This document shows positions 26,882 to 39,153 of a DNA stretch of 64,000 nt, in pieces; the first letter of the stretch is position 1, and every line of letters starts with the position of its first letter. The notes beneath the pieces were generated by a model that made no database searches, was not told the origin of the DNA, and saw only the letters and a list, made by a program, of their open reading frames with translations. The position numbers were made by a program, and so were the translations under genes. This DNA comes from Planctomycetota bacterium (GTDB lineage: Bacteria; Planctomycetota; UBA1135; UBA2386). The stretch covers positions 2,746 to 66,745 of the forward strand of contig DASRJH010000031.1 in assembly GCA_035649575.1 (NCBI GenBank), given 5' to 3'.

Positions 26882-28495
26882 ATGGTCAAACAACTGGTAT
26901 TCGAAAACGACGCCCGGGAAGCCGTGCTCCGCGGCGTCAGCAAGCTCGCGAAGGCCGTCGTCTCCACGCTGGGCCCACGCGGCCGCAACGCCGTGCTCGA
27001 CAAGGGTTGGGGCGGCCCGACCGTGACGAAGGACGGGGTAACGGTCGCCGAGGAGATCGAGCTCGAGGACCGCTACGAGAACATGGGCGCGAAGCTCGTC
27101 AAGGAGGCCGCGAGCAAGACCTCCGACACGGCGGGTGACGGCACCACGACCGCGACGCTGCTGGCCCAGGCGATCTGCGAAGGCGGCATGAGGTATCTGA
27201 CGGCCGGCGCGAACCACGCCGAGCTGATCAAGGGCATCCGCGCCGCGACGACCGCGATCGTCGACGAGCTGCAGCGCATGAAGAAGACGGTGCCCGGTAC
27301 GGACCAGAAGGCAATCATCCAGGTCGCCGCGGTCGCCGCGAACAACGACCCCGAGATCGGCAAGATCATCGCCGACGCGATGAAGAAGGTCGGCCAGGAC
27401 GGCGTCATCACGGTCGAAGAGGGCAAGGGGCTCGAGACCGAAGTCGTGGTCGTCGAAGGCATGCAGTTCGACCGCGGTTATCTGTCGCCGCACTTCGTGA
27501 CCAACCCCGAAGACATGACGGTCGACCTGCGCGACTGCCTCGTGCTCGTGCACGAGGACAAGCTGTCGAACGTGCGTTCGCTGTTGCCGCTGCTCGAGAA
27601 GCTGAAGGACAGCAACAAGCCACTGCTGATCATCGCCGAGGACATCGAAGGCGAAGCGCTCGCGACGCTCGTCGTCAACAAGCTGCGCGGCGTGCTCAAG
27701 GTCTGCGCGGTCAAGGCACCCGGCTACGGCGACCGCAGGAAGGCCATGCTGCAGGACATCGCGATCCTGTGCGGCGGCGAAGCGATCTTCAAGGACCTCG
27801 GTCAGGACCTCGAGAAGGTGCAGTTGCGCCAGCTCGGTTCGGCAAAGAAGGTGCTCGTCGACGGCGACAATTGCACGATCGTCGAGGGCAAGGGCAAGAC
27901 CGCGGACATCAAGGCGCGCGCCGATCAGATCCGCCGCGAAATCGAAGGCACGACGTCGGACTACGACCGCGAGAAGCTCCAGGAGCGCCTGGCCAAGCTC
28001 ACGGGTGGCATCGCCGAGGTCCGCGTCGGTGCCCACACCGAGACCGAGATGAAGGAGCGCAAGGCGCTCGTCGAAGACGCGATGCACGCGACGCGCGCCG
28101 CGATCGCCGAAGGCATCCTGCCGGGCGGCGGCGTTGCGCTGCTCAAGGCGAGCAAGGTGCTCGACAAGCTCGAGATGAAGGGCGACGCGCAGTTCGGCGT
28201 CGATCTCATGAAGTCCGTGGCGCGGCAGCCTGTGCGCGTCATTGCCGAGAACGCGAGCGTCGACGGCGCGGTCGTCGCGCGCAAGGTGCTCGACAACAAG
28301 AGCGCGACGTTCGGCTTCAACGCGCTGACGCGCGAATATGGCGACATGTACGAGTTCGGCATCGTCGATCCGACCAAGGTGACGCGCTCGGCGCTGCAGA
28401 ACGCCGTGTCGGTCGCGACGCTGCTGCTGACGACGGACTGCATCATCACCGACGCGAAGAAGGACGAGGCCGGCAACGACGCCGACGACGACTGA
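26882..28495 (+). CDS. groEL: Chaperonin GroEL (copy 1)
   Basis: [70 protein letters not shown] is unmistakable. Confidence 0.95.
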   Translation: MVKQLVFENDAREAVLRGVSKLAKAVVSTLGPRGRNAVLDKGWGGPTVTKDGVTVAEEIELEDRYENMGAKLVKEAASKTSDTAGDGTTTATLLAQAICEGGMRYLTAGANHAELIKGIRAATTAIVDELQRMKKTVPGTDQKAIIQVAAVAANNDPEIGKIIADAMKKVGQDGVITVEEGKGLETEVVVVEGMQFDRGYLSPHFVTNPEDMTVDLRDCLVLVHEDKLSNVRSLLPLLEKLKDSNKPLLIIAEDIEGEALATLVVNKLRGVLKVCAVKAPGYGDRRKAMLQDIAILCGGEAIFKDLGQDLEKVQLRQLGSAKKVLVDGDNCTIVEGKGKTADIKARADQIRREIEGTTSDYDREKLQERLAKLTGGIAEVRVGAHTETEMKERKALVEDAMHATRAAIAEGILPGGGVALLKASKVLDKLEMKGDAQFGVDLMKSVARQPVRVIAENASVDGAVVARKVLDNKSATFGFNALTREYGDMYEFGIVDPTKVTRSALQNAVSVATLLLTTDCIITDAKKDEAGNDADDD

Positions 28496-28575
28496 GCGTC
28501 CCTGGTCCCCTGTCCCCGTCCCCCATCCCATTCCCACACCCGATTCCCAACTGGCCCAACTGGAGTAGACACACA

Positions 28576-28865
28576 ATGGCTTCCCTACGACCCCTGGACG
28601 ATCGCGTCGTGCTCAAGGTGCTCGACGCCGAAGAGAAGACCGCGGGCGGCATCCTGCTGCCCGACACCGCGAAGGAAAAGCCGCAGCGCGGCAAGATCAC
28701 TGCCGTCGGCGAAGGCAAGTTCGACAAGAACGGCAAGCGCATGAAGCTCGACGTCAAGAAGGGCGACGTGGTGCTGTTCGGCAAGTACGCGGGCAGCGAC
28801 GTCAAGGTCGACGGCGAGGACTACAAGGTGCTGCGCGAGAACGAAATCCTCGCGCGCGTGGAGGA

Positions 28866-28869
<4 letters not shown>
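28576..28869 (+). CDS. groES: Co-chaperonin GroES
   Basis: [47 protein letters not shown]...[20 protein letters not shown] lies upstream. Confidence 0.95.
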
Positions 28870-30482
<1,613 letters not shown>

Positions 30483-30610
30483 ACTACGCGAGCCGGCGCC
30501 GCCGGCTTGCGACGGCCCCTCGCGAACCGGGCATGATGTAGCTTCCGGGCTTGGTCGACCGATAGATCGACCGGCCCGGCCTTGGTATCGGGGGTTCCGG
30601 CCCCGCCTGC

Positions 30611-31747
30611 ATGACAAAGAAGCGCGACTACTACGAAGTGCTCGGCGTCGACCGCACCGCGGACGACGAAAGTCTCAAGCGAGCCTATCGCAAGCTGGCG
30701 CTCGAGAACCATCCCGACCGCAACCCCGGCAATGCGGACGCCGAGAAGCGCTTCAAGGAGGCTGCCGAAGCCTACGCCGTGCTCAGCGACGCGCAGAAGC
30801 GGCAGCGTTACGACCAGTTCGGCCACGCGGCCGTCGACGGCGCGCAGGGTGGTGGTTTCGCTTCGGCCGAGGACATCTTCGCCGCGTTCGGCGACCTGTT
30901 CGGCGGCGGCGGCGGCGGCTTCTTCGAGCAGTTCTTCGGCGGCGGTGGCGGCCGTCGCCGCGGCCGGCGCGGCGCGAGCCTCAAGGTCGACCTCGAGCTC
31001 ACGCTCGAAGAGGTCGCGACCGGCGTGCGCCGCACGATCGAGATCAAACGCGCCGAGACCTGCACGAACTGCAGCGGCTCGGGCGCGAAACCCGGCACCA
31101 AGAAGAAGCGCTGCGCCAGCTGCAACGGCCACGGCCAGGTCATTCGTTCGCAGGGTTTCTTCCAGCTGCGCCAGACCTGCCCCACCTGCCAGGGCCAGGG
31201 TGAAACGATCGACGATCCGTGCCCGAAGTGTCACGGGCGCGGCGCCGTGCCGAAGGTGGCGCCGATCAACATCACGATCCCGGCCGGCATCGAAGCGGGC
31301 CACACCGAACGCATCGCAGGCCAGGGAGAACCCGGCGACGGCGGCGGCCCGCCGGGCGACCTCGTCGTCGTGCTGCACGTGAAGGAGCACGACGTCTACA
31401 CACGCTTTCACGACGACCTGCTCATGCAATCGCGCGTCTCGTTCCGCCAGGTCGTGATGGGCGACGAGATCGAGATCCCCACGATCACCGGCGAAACCGT
31501 CGCGATGAAGATCCCGCCCGGCACCCAGCCCGGCGAGAAGCTGCGCGTGCGCAACCACGGTCTGCCGCGCGCGGACGGCTACGGCCGCGGCAATCTCGTC
31601 GTGCAGATCCAGGTCGACGTGCCGAAGAAGATCTCGGGCGAGCAGGAGGAGTTGCTTCGCCGCTTCGACGAGCTCGACGGCAGCAAGAAGGGGAAGAAGT
31701 CAGGCAAGAAGACGATTTTCGAAAAGGTGAAGGACATTTTCTCGTGA
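30611..31747 (+). CDS. dnaJ: Molecular chaperone DnaJ (type I: J domain, G/F region, four CxxCxGxG zinc-finger motifs)
   Basis: [85 protein letters not shown]. Confidence 0.95.
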   Translation: MTKKRDYYEVLGVDRTADDESLKRAYRKLALENHPDRNPGNADAEKRFKEAAEAYAVLSDAQKRQRYDQFGHAAVDGAQGGGFASAEDIFAAFGDLFGGGGGGFFEQFFGGGGGRRRGRRGASLKVDLELTLEEVATGVRRTIEIKRAETCTNCSGSGAKPGTKKKRCASCNGHGQVIRSQGFFQLRQTCPTCQGQGETIDDPCPKCHGRGAVPKVAPINITIPAGIEAGHTERIAGQGEPGDGGGPPGDLVVVLHVKEHDVYTRFHDDLLMQSRVSFRQVVMGDEIEIPTITGETVAMKIPPGTQPGEKLRVRNHGLPRADGYGRGNLVVQIQVDVPKKISGEQEELLRRFDELDGSKKGKKSGKKTIFEKVKDIFS

Positions 31748-32346
31748 CCAGAGACGGCTTTGCGAACCCCAACCCTTCCGTGTGCCCCGTGAACCAGCCA
31801 GACGAGAGAGAAGACGCCGCGACCCCGCAGGGTGAGCCCCCGGTGGAGATCCCCGCACGCGACGAGGAGTTGCTTCGACTCAAGGGCGAACGCGACCAGC
31901 TCGAAACGCAGCTGCAACGCACGCTGGCCGATACGGTCAACATGCGGCGGCGCCAGAAGCAGGAGATGGACGACAGCCGGAACCGCGTGCTCGAAGGCCT
32001 CACGCAGGAGCTGTTGCCCGTGCTCGACAGCTTCACGATGGCATTGCAGGCGCACGAGTCCGGCCACGACCCCGAGTCGCTCGTCGAAGGTGTTCGCCTC
32101 GTGCGCACGCTGTTGTCAGGCGCGCTCGAACGCCACGGACTGCAAGAGATCCAGGCCGAGGGCATGCCGTTCGACCCCGCGCGGCACGAAGCCGTCGCCG
32201 TCGAACCGACGAACACCGTTCCTGAAGGCCACGTCGTGCGTGTGCTGCAGGTCGGCTACATGCTCGGCGACCGCGTCGTGCGCCACAGCAAGGTCGTCGT
32301 CGCAGGCAGCGCGACTCCGAACCCGACGAAACCACCGAAGAACTGA
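31744..32346 (+). CDS. grpE: Nucleotide exchange factor GrpE
   Basis: GTG 31744 overlaps the dnaJ TGA (GTGA). [75 protein letters not shown]. Confidence 0.85.
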   Translation: MTRDGFANPNPSVCPVNQPDEREDAATPQGEPPVEIPARDEELLRLKGERDQLETQLQRTLADTVNMRRRQKQEMDDSRNRVLEGLTQELLPVLDSFTMALQAHESGHDPESLVEGVRLVRTLLSGALERHGLQEIQAEGMPFDPARHEAVAVEPTNTVPEGHVVRVLQVGYMLGDRVVRHSKVVVAGSATPNPTKPPKN

Positions 32347-32348
32347 CG

Positions 32349-32678
32349 ATGCCCACCTACGACTACGTCTGCTCTGCTTGCGGCCATCGCTTCGAAGAGT
32401 TCCAGAGCATGTCCAGCAAGCCGCTGCGCCGGTGCCCCGAGTGCAAGAAGAGCGCGCTCGATCGCCTGATCGGTCCCGGTGCCGGTGTGATCTTCAAGGG
32501 CTCGGGCTTCTACCAGACCGACTACCGCGGCAGCTCCTACAGCAGCGACGCGAAGAAGGACGAGAGCGGCGGCGACGCGAAGAAGGATACAGGCACGAGC
32601 GGCGGCGGCTGCACGCCGACGTGTGGCACCGACGCAGCCCCGAAAGAGTGCAAGATGCCGAAGCAGAAGAAGGCCTGA
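32349..32678 (+). CDS. FmdB-family zinc-ribbon protein (CxxC_CxxC_SSSS type)
   Basis: MPTYDYVCSACGHRFEEFQSMSSKPLRRCPECKKSALDRLIG is the family signature. It starts 2 nt after the grpE stop. Confidence 0.8.
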   Translation: MPTYDYVCSACGHRFEEFQSMSSKPLRRCPECKKSALDRLIGPGAGVIFKGSGFYQTDYRGSSYSSDAKKDESGGDAKKDTGTSGGGCTPTCGTDAAPKECKMPKQKKA

Positions 32679-32702
32679 GCGCGAACGAACGGCCGAGCCG
32701 CC

Positions 32703-33191
32703 TCAGGTAGCTTCCCGCGCGAGCTCCTTGCCGAGGCAGACGCTGGTCGCAGGCGAGAGACAATACTCGCCGTAGAGCGGGATCGGGTGGAAGCCGGTGT
32801 TGCGATAGAGCGCGAGTGCTTGCGTCTGCCGCACGCCGGTCTCGAGCACGAGCCGCCGAGCGCCCAACGCGAGCGCCTCCGCCTCGAGCGCTGCCACGAG
32901 GCGCCTGCCGAGACCGCGGCCGCGCAGCTCGGGAGCCACATACATACGCTTCAGCTCGCCGGTCTCGTCGTCGAGCAGTCGGAGGGCGCCGCAGCCGACC
33001 GGCTTGCCGTCGAGACACACGACGAGGAACGCACCGCGCCCGGGAGCGACCTCCGTTGGATCCAGCGCAAAGTGGTTCGCTCCGGGCTCGGCGTAGGCTC
33101 CGCTTAGCTCGGCGTTCAACGCGGCGATCAGGCCGCGGCTCGTCGCGGAGCTCAGTTCCGCGCGCGCGATCGTGATCGTCTCTCTTGCCAT
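32703..33191 (-). CDS. GNAT family N-acetyltransferase
   Basis: ATG 33191 (MARETITIARAEL). ELKRMYVAPELRGRGLGRRLVAALEAEA..ALALYRNTGF. Confidence 0.8.
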   Translation of the reverse strand: MARETITIARAELSSATSRGLIAALNAELSGAYAEPGANHFALDPTEVAPGRGAFLVVCLDGKPVGCGALRLLDDETGELKRMYVAPELRGRGLGRRLVAALEAEALALGARRLVLETGVRQTQALALYRNTGFHPIPLYGEYCLSPATSVCLGKELAREAT

Positions 33192-33408
33192 GGCTCGCCT
33201 GGCGTAAGCGATGCGCATGGCGCGTGGCAAGCCTTCGATCTCACCGCGGGCTCTGCAAGTGGCATGGATACCTGCACCCGACGCAGCGACACACAGCAAC
33301 CCTGCCAGCCGAACGCGGCTCGTCATCAGTCCTCCGAGAAGCGACGAGCGGGACACTGTCGAGCCTGGTCGAGTAGGCGTCGGTGGCAAGCCCTCCCGTC
33401 GCAGCCGT

Positions 33409-34074
33409 TCACTCGCGCGCCATCGCGTCGGGATTCCACGCCATGACACGCGCGCCGTTCTGGAACACGTCTAGCACGCCGAGACCGCCGAGCGGCAGGT
33501 TCAGCGAGATGCTGCGCGCGAGCCGCATGCCGAGCATCGCCGCGGCGAATCCGCTCAGCAACACTCCGGGCACCACGACCACGAGCGACTTGCCGAGCAC
33601 CTTCGGCATCCACTCGACCCACCACGCCAACATGCGCTCTGTGGCGTCGCCGAGATTCTCGCCGCCCGGAGCCTTGGCCTCGCCGAACTCCGAGAAGAAC
33701 GTGCGCACCGCGGCGTCTTCGTCGCGCGCGATCTCGCTCCATCTGCGGCCCTGCCAGCGCCCCATCTCCTGGTCGCGCAGCCGTTCGTCGGGACGCGCTT
33801 CCAGCTCTTGCGCTTCCGCGAGCGCGCGCGCGGGACCGAGACACTGCGGTTGCGGACTGCAGTGTACTTCGGCCAGCTTCACGTTCTTGCAGAGCTCGAG
33901 CATGCGCAGCACCTGCGCCCGGCCGCGGCGGCCGAGGTCGGCCGGACCCGCACCTACCACGATCTCGCTGTGTGGAACGTCGAGCTCGGGATGACGGAAG
34001 AGCCAGAGGCGGCAGCAGTCGGTCGGGTCGGCGAGCACCGGAACATCTTGGCGCTGCCTCCAGCGCACTTCCAT
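33409..34074 (-). CDS. Histidine-phosphatase (phosphoglycerate-mutase-like) superfamily protein, possibly degenerate
   Basis: ATG 34074 (MEVRW). LWLFRHPE matches the RHG-type motif. The later region KSLVVVVPGVLLSGF sits where the family usually has VxHG. Confidence 0.65.
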   Translation of the reverse strand: MEVRWRQRQDVPVLADPTDCCRLWLFRHPELDVPHSEIVVGAGPADLGRRGRAQVLRMLELCKNVKLAEVHCSPQPQCLGPARALAEAQELEARPDERLRDQEMGRWQGRRWSEIARDEDAAVRTFFSEFGEAKAPGGENLGDATERMLAWWVEWMPKVLGKSLVVVVPGVLLSGFAAAMLGMRLARSISLNLPLGGLGVLDVFQNGARVMAWNPDAMARE

Positions 34075-34112
34075 CGTGGCCTGAAACCACGCACGCCAGT
34101 AGCCTGCCCGAT

Positions 34113-35708
34113 GTGAGTTTCGCCACGCTGAAGACGGGCATCGACGGCCTCGACGGCATCCTCGGCGGCGGCATCCGATACCCCGACAATGCCGCAGCAT
34201 TTCTCTGCGTCGCGGGCGGACCCGGCACCGGCAAGACCCTGCTCGCGCTCGAGATGATCGTGCGCGCGTGGCTCGCTGCCGAGGACGGCACGAAGTTCCT
34301 CTACTACTCGGTCGAGCACACACCCGAGAGCATCCACAAGAAGCTCGCCTTCGACTTCGACTGGTTCCGCACCACGGCGCAGGTCACCGCGATGCCGCGC
34401 GAGGTCCCGAGCAAACTCGCGCTGATGGCCATGGGCAGCAACGGCCGCAGCGAACTCGTGTTGACCCAGGCGCGGCCCGCCGCGCTGCAGCGCAAGAGCG
34501 CGCGCGGCACCATGGTCGACATCGAGTGGATCCTCGCCGAGATCGAGAACCAGTGCCTGGTCAGCCCCGTGCGCATGGTCGTGATCGACAACGTCGGCCT
34601 CCTGCTGACCGATCTCGAGTACTTCGAGAAGCGCGCGGCCCTGCTCGAGACGCGCCGGCGTCTGCTCGAGCACTGCATCCACGGCGTCTTCGTCATGGAG
34701 GAAGCGCACCCTCGCGACCTGCGGCTGCCGTCCGCCGAGGAGTTCTCGACGGATCTCATGCTGCACCTGTCGTTCCGCGAGGAGGCGACCGACTTCAAGG
34801 TGCGCGCGATCGAGATCCTCAAGGCGCGGCACCAGTACTACTACCGCGGCGTGCACCACTTCTCGATCGCCGGGCGCGGCATCACGCGCGACATCTACCT
34901 CGGCGCGCGCAACGAACGCGGGCCCGGCATCCACCTCTACCCGTCGGTTGCGGCCCAGCTGTCGATCGCGCGCGACCAGGCGCAGTTCGCGGTGCCATCG
35001 CGCGGCAACACGGCGATCGATCTCGGCCATCCCGACCTCAACAGCGCGTTCCTGCACGAGACGGGGCCGGCCGCGCGGTCCTCGACCGTGCTGCTGGCCG
35101 AACCGGGCACGCGCGCGACGTTCTTGGCGCTGCGTTTCCTCGCGGCCGGGCTGCGCCGCGGCGAACGCGTGCTGTTCGTGTCCACGCGCGAGGACCGCGA
35201 CTCGATCCGGCGCATCTGCCAGCGCGAGCCCGTACTGCGCGATGTGTGCCTCGGTGCCGACGGCAAGTTCGCGCCCGACTTCCGCGTCGTCTACCCGCAT
35301 CCGGAGTTCATCACGGCCGGCAAGTTCACGTGGGACCTCGTGCGGTTGTGCCAGGGTGGCCACGCCGACGGCGAACCGAAGCCCGTGGAACGCATGTCGT
35401 TCGACAACATCTTCCGGCTGCAGGACCGCTTCCCGCTGATCAAGGAACAACGCTTCCTGATCGCGGCGATGCTCGACATGATGCGCTACCAGGGCGTCAC
35501 GCCGTTGCTCGTCGACATGGTGCCGCCAGGCGCGAGCCGCGGCCGGACGGATTTCGACCCCTCGAGCTACCTGACCGGCTTCGACAACGTCGTCCACCTC
35601 TTCTTCGAACAGGAGGAGCAGGGGGCGCGGCCGTTCTTCCGGGTGTTGAAGTCGGTCGGCAACGACTACCGGCCCGAGCCGGTGCCGATCGAGTGGCGCA
35701 AGGCCTGA
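34113..35708 (+). CDS. KaiC-like double RecA-fold ATPase
   Basis: GTG 34113 (VSFATLKTGIDGLDGILGGGI). Walker A CVAGGPGTGKTLLALEM and Walker B-like MVVIDNVG. The second domain starts IDLGHPDLNSAFLHETG, with AEPGTRATF at the Walker A position. Confidence 0.75.
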   Translation: MSFATLKTGIDGLDGILGGGIRYPDNAAAFLCVAGGPGTGKTLLALEMIVRAWLAAEDGTKFLYYSVEHTPESIHKKLAFDFDWFRTTAQVTAMPREVPSKLALMAMGSNGRSELVLTQARPAALQRKSARGTMVDIEWILAEIENQCLVSPVRMVVIDNVGLLLTDLEYFEKRAALLETRRRLLEHCIHGVFVMEEAHPRDLRLPSAEEFSTDLMLHLSFREEATDFKVRAIEILKARHQYYYRGVHHFSIAGRGITRDIYLGARNERGPGIHLYPSVAAQLSIARDQAQFAVPSRGNTAIDLGHPDLNSAFLHETGPAARSSTVLLAEPGTRATFLALRFLAAGLRRGERVLFVSTREDRDSIRRICQREPVLRDVCLGADGKFAPDFRVVYPHPEFITAGKFTWDLVRLCQGGHADGEPKPVERMSFDNIFRLQDRFPLIKEQRFLIAAMLDMMRYQGVTPLLVDMVPPGASRGRTDFDPSSYLTGFDNVVHLFFEQEEQGARPFFRVLKSVGNDYRPEPVPIEWRKA

Positions 35709-35857
35709 GCCGGGGCCGACGGCGTTCGCCGCGCGGGCGGGTCTCGAGCCGACCGGGATTCTGTCCCTCCGGCTCAAGTCTGACCGCCAAATGCCGATGG
35801 GAAGGGGGCCTCGGCCCGCCGTTCGACCGGCGGGCCGCCCCAACCCAAGGTCCCCCG

Positions 35858-36721
35858 ATGCGATGTCTGGCGGCGAGCGTGCTTCCAGTTGCGGCTGCGA
35901 TGGCGCAGGATCGCTGCGCGTCCGAGGCTGCTTGCGTGTGGGAGTCCATGGGAATCGAGGTTGCGCCGGCGTCCTACCGCAGCGAGGCCGTGCGTCAGGA
36001 CGAGGGTTTCCTGACACCGTGGTTCGTGGCTTTCCGTTTCGGGGATGACACCCGGCTCGCTCCCACGAATCTGAGTGATTCAGGGTACTGGTTGCACGAC
36101 GCGACGCTTCCGGCTCGCGGCCTCTGGTGCGAGAGTGATCATCACGGCGACGATCATCACGACGATCCGAGCGGCACGAGCACGACACGAGTGGTCGGTG
36201 CGAGTTACCTGGGCTTGCACCGCCCGAGAAACAGCTTCGGCACCGTCGAGGAGACCTTCTCGTTCGGCTTCGACGCGACCGACACGGGCGCAGGGTCGTT
36301 CGATTGCGGACTGCAGTCCTCGTTCGTGCTCGCCCTCGAACTCGACGGGCACGACGGGCACGCCGGAAACGTCGCCGTGCACGCCGAGGCGCATCTCGGC
36401 ATCTACGCGCAGCTCGGCATCGAACCGTCCTTCTCGCTCGCGCGGCTCGGTGGCGTCGACGTGACGTTCGCCGTGCCTCTCACGATGGGCTTCTGCCTCA
36501 AGAACTACTACGTGGACGCCGACGGCAGGGGCGACCTCTTCGGGTATCTCGACCTCGGCGCGGTCGCCTCGTCGCCGCTGCCGTTCCTGCCGTCGCGAGT
36601 GGGTCTGTGGCACCTCGACGTCGGTCTGCACTGGCTCCTGCTCGGCGACAGCAACGAACAGCGCGAGGCCGGCGAAACCAGCGACATGATGGTGTCGATC
36701 GGGCTCGGCACGACCTTCTGA
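35858..36721 (+). CDS. Putative outer-membrane beta-barrel protein with a His/Asp-rich segment
   Basis: AAGG 8 nt before the ATG. Signal MRCLAASVLPVAAAMAQ. Alternating amphipathic strands. SDHHGDDHHDDPSG and LDGHDGHAGN. C-terminal ..SIGLGTTF has the terminal Phe typical of OMPs. Confidence 0.45.
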   Translation: MRCLAASVLPVAAAMAQDRCASEAACVWESMGIEVAPASYRSEAVRQDEGFLTPWFVAFRFGDDTRLAPTNLSDSGYWLHDATLPARGLWCESDHHGDDHHDDPSGTSTTRVVGASYLGLHRPRNSFGTVEETFSFGFDATDTGAGSFDCGLQSSFVLALELDGHDGHAGNVAVHAEAHLGIYAQLGIEPSFSLARLGGVDVTFAVPLTMGFCLKNYYVDADGRGDLFGYLDLGAVASSPLPFLPSRVGLWHLDVGLHWLLLGDSNEQREAGETSDMMVSIGLGTTF

Positions 36722-36723
36722 AC

Positions 36724-37158
36724 CTACTGACCCCGCGGGGTCTCCTTCCTGGGCGGGCCACCGCTGGCCTGCAGGGCGCGCAAGGCCGACATCGCCTGCG
36801 CCGACTGCTCGACCGGAACGAACAGGTGGTCGTGGTGCGCGCCGGCGATCACGTTGCAGGCGATCCCTGCGGCCGCGAGTGCCTGGGCGACCGCGGCCGT
36901 GAGCCCGACGGCGTGCAGGTCGGAAGCGACGGTCAGCGTGATCCACGCGGCGCGGAACCGCGACGCGAACCCACGCGCGCGCGCATCGGTTTCACGCAGC
37001 ACGAGCGACCATCCCTCGTCTTCGAGCACCGCGGCAACCACTTCGAGACCGCTGATGTCGTTCTCGGCCGGCACCGAGACGAATACGAACGCTCCCTCGT
37101 GCAGCACCGGGTTCATCGTGCGCAACAGCGTCGCCCGGTCGCTGATCGGCGCGCTCAC
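36724..37158 (-). CDS. ACT-domain-containing protein
   Basis: LLRTMNPVLHEGAFVFVSVP...WITLTVASDLHAVGLTAAVAQALAAAGIACNVIAGAHHDHLFVP matches the small ACT_7-type family pattern. Confidence 0.7.
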   Translation of the reverse strand: MSAPISDRATLLRTMNPVLHEGAFVFVSVPAENDISGLEVVAAVLEDEGWSLVLRETDARARGFASRFRAAWITLTVASDLHAVGLTAAVAQALAAAGIACNVIAGAHHDHLFVPVEQSAQAMSALRALQASGGPPRKETPRGQ

Positions 37159-37194
37159 GGCCCGAGACCCTGTTCGATCATCGCGTGTTCACCC

Positions 37195-39138
37195 CTACAC
37201 CCTGGCCCTGTGCCCCTGCACGATCTGCGCGACCACTTGCGGCTCGGCCAGCGTCGTGATGTCGCCGAGGTCGCCGTAGTCGCCTTCGGCGATCTTGCGC
37301 AGGATGCGCCGCATGATCTTCCCGCTGCGCGTCTTCGGCAGCCCCGCGACGACCTGGATGCAGTCCGGCGTCGCGATCGGACCGATGGCCTTGCGCACCT
37401 GTTGCTTCAGCACGGCCTCGACGTCGGCGGGATCCACGCCGTCTGCTGGCTTGGCCGGCAGCACGAACGCGAAGATGCCCGTGCCCTTGAGCTGGTGCGG
37501 GAACCCCACCACCGCGGCTTCGGCGCAGAACTCGTGCGCGACGAGCGCACTCTCGACCTCGGCCGTGCCGAGCCGATGTCCCGCCACGTTGATCACGTCG
37601 TCGACGCGCCCCGTGATCCAGTAGTAGCCGTCCTCGTCGCGTGTGCAGCCGTCGCCGGTCAGGTAGAGCCCGCGATACCTCGAGAAGTAGGTCTGCCGGT
37701 AACGACAGTGGTCGCCCAGGATCGTGCGCGATTGGCCGGGCCAGCTGCCGGCGAGGCAGAGGTTGCCCGTGACGCCGTTGCCGCGCAACTCCCCGCCCTC
37801 GTCGTCGACGATCACGGGCCGTACGCCAGGCAACGGGAAGGTCGCGGAGCCCGGCTTGCACGGCGTCGCGCCGGGCAACGGCGAGATCATGATGCCGCCC
37901 GTCTCGGTCTGCCACCACGTGTCGACGACCGCGCAACGCTTGTCGCCGACGACGTCGTGATACCACTGCCAGACCTCGGGGTTGATCGGCTCGCCGACCG
38001 AGCCGATCACGCGCAGGCTGTCGCGCTTGTATTTCACGACGGGCTCGTCGCCGAAGCGCAGCAACGCACGCAGCGCCGTCGGCGCCGTGTAGAAGATCGT
38101 CACCTTGAGGTCGTCGATGATCTGCCAGTAGCGGCTCGCATCGGGATAGACCGGCGTCGACTCGAACATGACGGAGGTCGCGCCGTTGCAGAGCGGCCCG
38201 TAGACGATGTAGCTGTGGCCCGTGACCCACCCGACGTCGGCCGCGCAGAAGAAGACGTCGCCGGGGTGCCAGTCGAACACGAGCTCGTGCGTGTAGGCCG
38301 CGTAGAGCAGATAGCCGCCCGTCGTGTGGACCTGGCCCTTCGGCTTGCCCGTGGAGCCCGACGTGTACAGTACGAACAGCGGGTCTTCGCTGTCCACCCA
38401 TTCCACGGGGCTGGTGGCGCGCTGCTTCTGCATCTCCTCGTGCAGCCAGAGATCGCGGCCCTGCTGCATCGGCACCGCGGTTTCGGTCCTCTTGACGACG
38501 AAGACCGCCGTGATCGGCAGCCCGTCCGTGGCCTCGTCGACGGTCTTCTTGAGCGGGATCACCTTGCCACCGCGCAGTCCTTCGTTGGCCGTCAGCACGA
38601 CGCGGCAATCGGCGTCGACGATGCGGTCTCTGAGCGACTCCGCCGAGAAGCCCGCGAACACGACGGAGTGGATGGCGCCGATGCGCGCGCAGGCGAGCAT
38701 CGCGAAGACGGCCTCGGGGATCATCGGCAGGTAGATGCAGACGCGGTCGCCCTTCTGCACGCCGTGGTGACGCAGCACGTTGCTGAGCCGGCCGACCTGC
38801 TCGTAGAGCTCGCGATACGTGATGTGCCGGTAGGTCGACGGCTCGTCGCCGACCCAGATCAGGGCCGTCTGGTCCCCACGGTCGACGAGGTGGCGGTCGA
38901 TGCAGTTGTAGCTCGCGTTGAGCTTGCCGCCGAGGAACCAGCCGACCTCGGCTTTCTCGAAGTCCTGTTCGAACGTGCGCTCGAACGGCTGGAACCAATG
39001 CAGCCGTTTGGCCTCCCGGCCCCAGAAGCTCGCAGGGTCCTCGATCGATGCTTCGTAGAGGCGGCGGTATTGCGCGAGCGAACTGACGTGCGCGCGGCTC
39101 TGGATGGCGGGTTTGCAGTCGACGATTCGATCGGACAT
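37195..39138 (-). CDS. acs: Acetyl-CoA synthetase
   Basis: [61 protein letters not shown]. Full-length, 647 aa. Confidence 0.95.
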   Translation of the reverse strand: MSDRIVDCKPAIQSRAHVSSLAQYRRLYEASIEDPASFWGREAKRLHWFQPFERTFEQDFEKAEVGWFLGGKLNASYNCIDRHLVDRGDQTALIWVGDEPSTYRHITYRELYEQVGRLSNVLRHHGVQKGDRVCIYLPMIPEAVFAMLACARIGAIHSVVFAGFSAESLRDRIVDADCRVVLTANEGLRGGKVIPLKKTVDEATDGLPITAVFVVKRTETAVPMQQGRDLWLHEEMQKQRATSPVEWVDSEDPLFVLYTSGSTGKPKGQVHTTGGYLLYAAYTHELVFDWHPGDVFFCAADVGWVTGHSYIVYGPLCNGATSVMFESTPVYPDASRYWQIIDDLKVTIFYTAPTALRALLRFGDEPVVKYKRDSLRVIGSVGEPINPEVWQWYHDVVGDKRCAVVDTWWQTETGGIMISPLPGATPCKPGSATFPLPGVRPVIVDDEGGELRGNGVTGNLCLAGSWPGQSRTILGDHCRYRQTYFSRYRGLYLTGDGCTRDEDGYYWITGRVDDVINVAGHRLGTAEVESALVAHEFCAEAAVVGFPHQLKGTGIFAFVLPAKPADGVDPADVEAVLKQQVRKAIGPIATPDCIQVVAGLPKTRSGKIMRRILRKIAEGDYGDLGDITTLAEPQVVAQIVQGHRARV

Positions 39139-39153
39139 GGCTCTATCGCGCAG

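Noticed and set aside
25243-27003. Full 586-aa version of the NPCBM-protein ORF
   Set aside because: The first ~170 residues are low-complexity junk. A signal peptide begins at the Met encoded at 26490.
33972-34112. Track start for the KaiC-like ORF, and the long minus-strand ORF 33954..36188
   Set aside because: The 33972 start would overlap the divergent phosphatase-fold gene. The KaiC-like N-terminal consensus (TGIDGLDGILGGGI) begins right after GTG 34113. The 744-aa minus ORF is an antisense shadow.
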